The notes beneath the pieces were generated by a model that was not told the DNA's origin, made no database searches, and saw nothing but the letters and a program-made list of their open reading frames with translations. Shown here one piece after another: positions 59,667 through 64,000 of a stretch of DNA of 64,000 bases (within the stretch, counting starts at the first letter, position 1; each line of letters begins with the position of its first letter). The stretch is from NCBI GenBank assembly GCA_963842165.1, contig CAWJFK010000005.1, forward strand, positions 326,070-390,069, read 5' to 3'. This DNA comes from an uncultured Thermoplasmata archaeon. Lineage in GTDB: Archaea; Thermoplasmatota; Thermoplasmata; Lutacidiplasmatales; UBA184. Made by a program: the position numbers and the translations under genes.

Positions 59667-61228
59667 GTGGAGCGCTCCCGGTCGGCAGAGGCCGGCGGTC
59701 GGGAGGAGCGCTCGCCTCCTCGGGCGGCCCACCGGTTGGGGGTCATCGACATCGGTTCGAACACGGCCCGGTTCGTCATCTTTGATACGTCCCCGGTGGG
59801 GGCGGTCCGGGCCACCTACGAAGACAAGGAGGTCCCTCGGCTCGGCGCGGGGACCGGACCCGACGGCCAGCTCTCGGACGAAGCGATCCGCCGAGGAACG
59901 GTGGCGGTCAAGCGGTTCGCGAAGCTCGTGCGCTCGCTCGACGTGCCGCGCACGCTGGCCGTCGCGACGAGCGCGGTCCGCGACGCGCCGAACGGCGGCG
60001 AGTTCGTCCGAGCCGTCGAGCGCGGCACGGGGCTCTTATTGCGAATCCTCTCCGGGGCGGAGGAAGCTCGCTACGGGTACCTCGGCGTCGCGAGCGCCTG
60101 GGAGCTCGAGAACGATGTCGTCCTCGACTTGGGGGGCGGCTCGCTCCAGCTGGCCGAGGTGCGCCGGGGCGAACTCCGCAGCACCGTCAGCCTCCCGCTG
60201 GGAGCGCTGCGGCTCTCCGAACGATTCTTCGAGCACGACCCTCCCAAGAAGCGCGAGATGGACCAACTGCGGGAACACATCCGAGACGCCCTCGACCCCG
60301 TGTTCGAGACGTTCGGGGAGCGGTCCCGCCGGTTGTTCGGGATCGGCGGCACCGTGCGGTCGCTCGCTCGGGCGGCGATCGAGTTCCGAAGCTGGCCGAT
60401 CGGCCGGGTCCATGGCTACCCGCTCTGGGATTACGACATCGAGGCCCTCGAGGAGCTCCTGTGGGAGATGCCGTCGGAGAAGCGCCGGGCCGTTCCGGGG
60501 ATCGGGTCCGATCGGGCGGACGTCGTGCTCGCCGGCGTCGTGGTGTTCCAGGAACTGCTCCGCGCCGCGAAGGCGGACCACATCGTCGTCTCCGGACCGG
60601 GATCCGGGAAGGGATCGCCCTTGAAGCCGTGGGGGCGAAGCTGCCGGCGCCGGCCGTGACGCTCGCGGAGCGCTCGGTGATCGCCGCGTCCGAGTCCTTC
60701 TCCTTCCGGCTCGACCACGGCCGCGCGGTGACCTCGACCGCGCTCGACCTCTTCGAGGTCCTGGCGGAACGCCACCAGTGGGGCCGCAGCGAGGGGCTCG
60801 CGCTCCGGGTCGCCGGATGGATGCACGACTCGGGGGTCGCCATCGACCTGTGGCGGCACGCGCACCACTCGTCCTACCTCATCCGCAACTACCCGCTTAT
60901 GGGGCTCGACCAGCGGGAAGCGCTGCTCGCCTCGATGGCGGCGTACGTCCATGAGGGAGGCCCGCTCCCTTCGGAGTGGAAGAAGGGCTTCCAACCGATC
61001 TTGGGCGGGGACGACCTCGACACGGCCCGGCGTCTCGGTGCGATCCTCGAGGTCGCCGAGATCACCGAGCCCTTCCACCCGAGATTTTCAAGTTCCGGCG
61101 ACGGCCGAACCCTTACGGTATCCTTTTCAACCTCATCCAGTACCGCCCCTCCCAGCCGGGTCGGGGAGAAAGTGGCGAAGACGATCCCCCGGGTGTTCGA
61201 CGTCGAGGTGAAGATCCGTGATTCGTGA
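59667..61228 (+). CDS. ppx: Ppx/GppA-family exopolyphosphatase (one frame change near 60598)
   Basis: 'LGVIDIGSNTARFVIF', 'AVATSAVRDAPNG', 'EEARYGYLG', 'VLDLGGGSLQL' and 'GIGGTVRSLA'. After the shift it reads 'GIREGIALE...', followed by an HD-like C-terminal domain ('GWMHDSGVAIDLWRHAHHSSYLI'). Confidence 0.85.
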
Positions 61229-61920
61229 GAACCCCTCCCCGAAGCACGGGTACCCCGGTCGACTCTTCGTCTTCGAGGGTCTCGACGGGAGCGGGAAGTC
61301 GACCCAGGCCGCCCTGCTCGGCAAGTGGCTCGCCGCGTCCGGCTACCGCGTCTTCAGCACGGAGTGGAACTCCTCCGAGCTGGTCTCGAGCACGATCCGC
61401 CGCGGCAAGAAGAAGGGCCTGCTCACGCCCACAACATTCTCCCTCATGCACGCCGTCGACTTCGCCGACCGGTTCGAGCGGACGATCCTGCCGCCGCCCG
61501 GGCCGGGTACATCGTCGTCTGCGACCGCTACTCCTACACCGCCTTCGTCCGTGACGCGGCCCGCGGGTGCGACCCGGACTGGGTGCGGACGATCTACTCG
61601 TTCGCCCCGACGCCCGGACGTCGCGTTCTACTTCCGCGTGCCGGTGCGGGTCACGCTCGAACGCAAGATCGCCTCGCGCCTCAAGATCAACTACTACGAG
61701 GCCGGCATGGACCTCGGGCTCTCGGAGGATCTGCACGACAGCTACGAGCGGTTCCAGGGGCGGATCAAGAAGGAGTACCGACCGGATCGCGGTCACCGAC
61801 CGGATGACGATCGTCGACTCGACCCGCGCGGTGGAGCCGATCCAGGCCGAGCTGCGGAGCGCGGTCCGGCCGATCCTGCAGGGATTCCCGAAGGGGGAGG
61901 CGTTGCTCCATGACGAATAG
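61218..61920 (+). pseudogene. thymidylate-kinase-like P-loop kinase, copy 1 (3 frame changes near 61495, 61615, 61775); candidate polyphosphate-kinase subunit
   Basis: P-loop 'FVFEGLDGSGKSTQ', 'VVCDRYSYTAF' (in ORF 61325..), 'DVAFYFRVPV', 'NYYEAGMDLGLS', and tail 'DRIAVTDRMTIVDSTRAVEPIQAEL' (in ORF 61567..61920). Confidence 0.65.
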
Positions 61921-62632
61921 CACGTACGGGACGCGCCTCCCTGGACTCCCGCACGGGGAGCTCACCGGCAAGCTCGTCGTGATCGAAGGCGCCGACGGGT
62001 CCGGACGGAGCACCGAGGTCGCCCTCTTGAAGCAGCATCTCGAGATCGCGGGCCACGCGGTCGTCGACACCGGGCTGCGCCGCTCGAACCTCGTGAGCGA
62101 GGAGATCGACCGGGCGAAGCAGGGCCACACGCTCGGCGCGACGGCGCTCGCCCTCCTCTACGCCGCCGACTTCGGCGACCAGCTCGAGAACAAGATCGTC
62201 CCGGCGCTCTCCGCGGGGAGCACGGTGCTGGCCGACCGGTACATCTACACGCTCATGGCCCGCGCGATCGTCCGGGGGGCCTCCCGCGACTGGGCGCGCC
62301 ACCTGTACAGCTTCGCGTTCCGGCCGGACCTGGTCGTCTTCCTCGACGCGCGACCCGAGATCGTCCTCCACCGGTCGATCGGGAAGTACGGGAGCCTCGA
62401 CTACTGGGAGTCCGGGATGGACCTCTGCCTCTCGCGCGACCTGTTCGAGAGCTTCTTCCTCTACCAGGACCGGATCGCGCGGGAGTTCGAGTGGATGACC
62501 CGCGAGAACCGACTTCCACACGGTCGACGCGAACCGCCGACCCGAGGAGGTCCACGCCTCCGTCCGGGACCTCGTGATGCCGCTGTATGGGGGCGCCCCC
62601 AAGGCGCGCCTCCGGCGCCGGGGCCCGGCCTA
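61910..62632 (+). CDS. thymidylate-kinase-like protein, copy 2, with P-loop Lys replaced by Arg (at least 1 frame change near 62505; 3' end uncertain)
   Basis: 'VVIEGADGSGRSTE', 'VLADRYIYTLMA', 'DLVVFLDARPE' and 'DYWESGMDLCLS'. After the shift it reads 'DFHTVDANRRPEEVHASVRDLV'. As assembled no stop occurs before it runs antisense into sixA. Confidence 0.6.
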
Positions 62633-63153
62633 CGCCGCCCGGGCCAGCTGCTTCCTCGTAAGGAGCCAGCGCAGACGCGCCGCCCCCGGGCGGACCGTCG
62701 CCGGGAATTCGAGGCAGGCCGCGGACGGCTTCCCGAGCCGCGCGAACGGCGTGCCCTCCCCCGTGAGCGCGAGCCCGACGAACTCGGCGAGGGTCGGTTC
62801 GTGGCCGATGATGACGACCGCCTGGCCGGACCGGGCCGCCGCACTCAGGCGATCGAAGATGGGGGGCGCGAGCGCGCCGGGGCGAGCTCCTCCCAGAAGT
62901 CGAGCCGCGGGGTCGGCTCGAGGGCCGAGCGCAGGAGCTCGGCGGTCACCCGGCAGCGCACGGCAGGGCTCGACGCGAGGCGGACCCGCGAGCCCAGGTA
63001 GCGGACGAGGCCCCGGGCCGCCGTCCGGGTTTGCTCGGCTCCTTTCGGCGTGAGGGGCCGGACGGAGTCGTCGGGCCAGCGGCCCGGGTCCCGCAACGCC
63101 GCAGGCCCGTGACGAACGACCACGACTCGGACGGATCGGGTAGGGCGAACCAT
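62630..63153 (-). CDS. sixA: SixA-type phosphohistidine phosphatase (one frame change near 62880)
   Basis: 'VVVVRHGPA' (RHG motif) in ORF 62845..63585. After the shift it reads 'AVVIIGHEPTLAEFV' (second catalytic His) and ends at TAG (complement of 62630-62632). Confidence 0.65.
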
Positions 63154-63169
63154 CAGCGACCGCTCGCTC

Positions 63170-64000
63170 CTAGCGAGCTGCCGTGGGGAGAAAACGCTCT
63201 CGCCGAGTCCCTCCGGGGGATGCTCGGAGGGGTCGGGGCGGGTCGAGAGGAACGACCGGGATCGAGCGGTCGAGCGCCACCTGCACAATGTCCTGCGCGT
63301 AGGCGACCGTGCGGCCGATCGACTCGATGATACGGGCGACGGCGGCCGCCGTGGCCGGTGGCATGACACCCCCGCCCACCCCCGGAAGGAGGCGGTCGGC
63401 GAGCGCCTCGCCCGACGCGGCGAGCGCGTTCCCGGTATCCAAGAGCTCGTTGGCTCGGTCGCCGTTCCGCGCCGCGAGGGCCCCCTCCAGGTGGTCCATC
63501 GACTGGGTGTGGAACTGCCGGAGAGGATCATGGGGCCCTGACCCTGGGGCAGCGCGACCAGTCGGGGGCCGGTGGTTCCGAGCACGACCGCATGGTCGGC
63601 GATCCGCTCGAGGCTGCGGGCGACGGTCCAGGAACCGAGCAGCTCCGAGGCCGGGCCCTGGATCCCGAGTCGGAGCGTCGCGATGCGCTGGATGTACCAG
63701 GCCTCGCGGTCGACCTCATCGTCCCGGCGCTCCCAGTAGCCGTCTGTCCCCGAGCGGCAGGTGCGACCAGGCGTCCACCGCTTCGCGGTGGAAATTGAGG
63801 ACCAGCCGCCCCATGCGCTGGACCCGCTGGTCGAGCGAGACCGGGCTCTCGAACGAGAGGTCGTGGAGGCGGATCGAGTCCCGTTCCTCGGAGACGATCT
63901 CGGGCTGCCGCGTCCGCCGGCAGAACGTCCGGACCACCTCGCGGGTGCCGGTCGAGAGGGTCGGGCGCTCTCGGACCACGAACTTGGGAGCCCCGGCGAG
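63170..64000 (-). pseudogene. second AbrB-PhoU-like regulator paralogue, several frame changes, 5' end outside window
   Basis: Fragments are 'TREVVRTFCRRTRQPEIVSEERDSIRLHDLS...' (ORF 63716..63979), 'SLERIADHAVVLG' and 'VARIIESIGRTVAYAQDIVQVAL' (ORF 63170..63499). They parallel the 52453..53469 protein. Confidence 0.5.

Noticed and set aside
61218-62632. Annotating the two TMPK-like genes simply as duplicated thymidylate kinase (tmk).
   Set aside because: Their tandem, overlapping arrangement directly downstream of ppx points to a specialised function, as do the shared non-canonical 'E(A/S)GMDL' block and the K-to-R P-loop change in copy 2. However, dTMP kinase activity of copy 1 cannot be excluded from the sequence.

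Overview
64-kb window from a GC-rich chromosome (about two-thirds G+C by eye, not computed). It looks archaeal: class III (prepilin-like) signal peptides, a FlaI/FlaJ-type type IV pilus ATPase and platform, an ADH-synthase/DhnA-type aldolase, a divergent Lrp-glnA pair, AbrB-PhoU regulators, TATA-like promoters and 'ESGLPxGTNWSV' surface repeats. A Thermoplasmata-like lineage is my guess only. No rRNA, CRISPR array, transposase or integrase was seen. One tRNA-Leu(CAG) is present. Gene content in order: (i) 1.7-9.5 kb, a sulfur-carrier/heterodisulfide-reductase-like cluster (DsrE-like, ArsR, TusA, MvhD-like, HdrA with an inserted GltD-type NAD(P)H module, second HdrA, small wHTH, HdrC, HdrB). 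(ii) 9.5-20 kb, small membrane proteins, tRNA, M3 peptidase, aldolase, Lrp, glnA, amidohydrolase and a saccharopine-dehydrogenase-like gene. (iii) 20.3-38.2 kb, an amino-group catabolic island with four class III aminotransferases, three aldehyde dehydrogenases (one MmsA-type), an amidohydrolase-2 and a Dpp/Opp-type peptide ABC transporter. (iv) 38.3-53.5 kb, three PstS-like phosphate-binding paralogues with no pstCAB. One of them carries a class III signal peptide and sits in a non-archaellum type IV pilus-like (bindosome-like) assembly locus: FlaI-like ATPase, split FlaJ/TadC platform, a second pilin-like protein, a KaiC/FlaH-like pseudo-ATPase, an ExeA-like AAA+ and AbrB-PhoU. I consider this the most interesting candidate system. 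(v) 53.6-64 kb, a TrxR-like gene, HAD, methyltransferases, CHAD, Ppx, two tandem thymidylate-kinase-like genes (candidate heteromeric polyphosphate kinase), SixA and a second AbrB-PhoU. Major caveat: more than 40 single-nucleotide frame changes interrupt otherwise well-conserved genes. Where I traced them they lie in or next to short G/C runs (homopolymers of 4-7 nt in the clearest cases). Many ORF-track entries are therefore fragments or artificial fusions, so I give reconstructed gene spans and 3' ends are sometimes uncertain. All family assignments rest on motif recognition from memory, not on searches.
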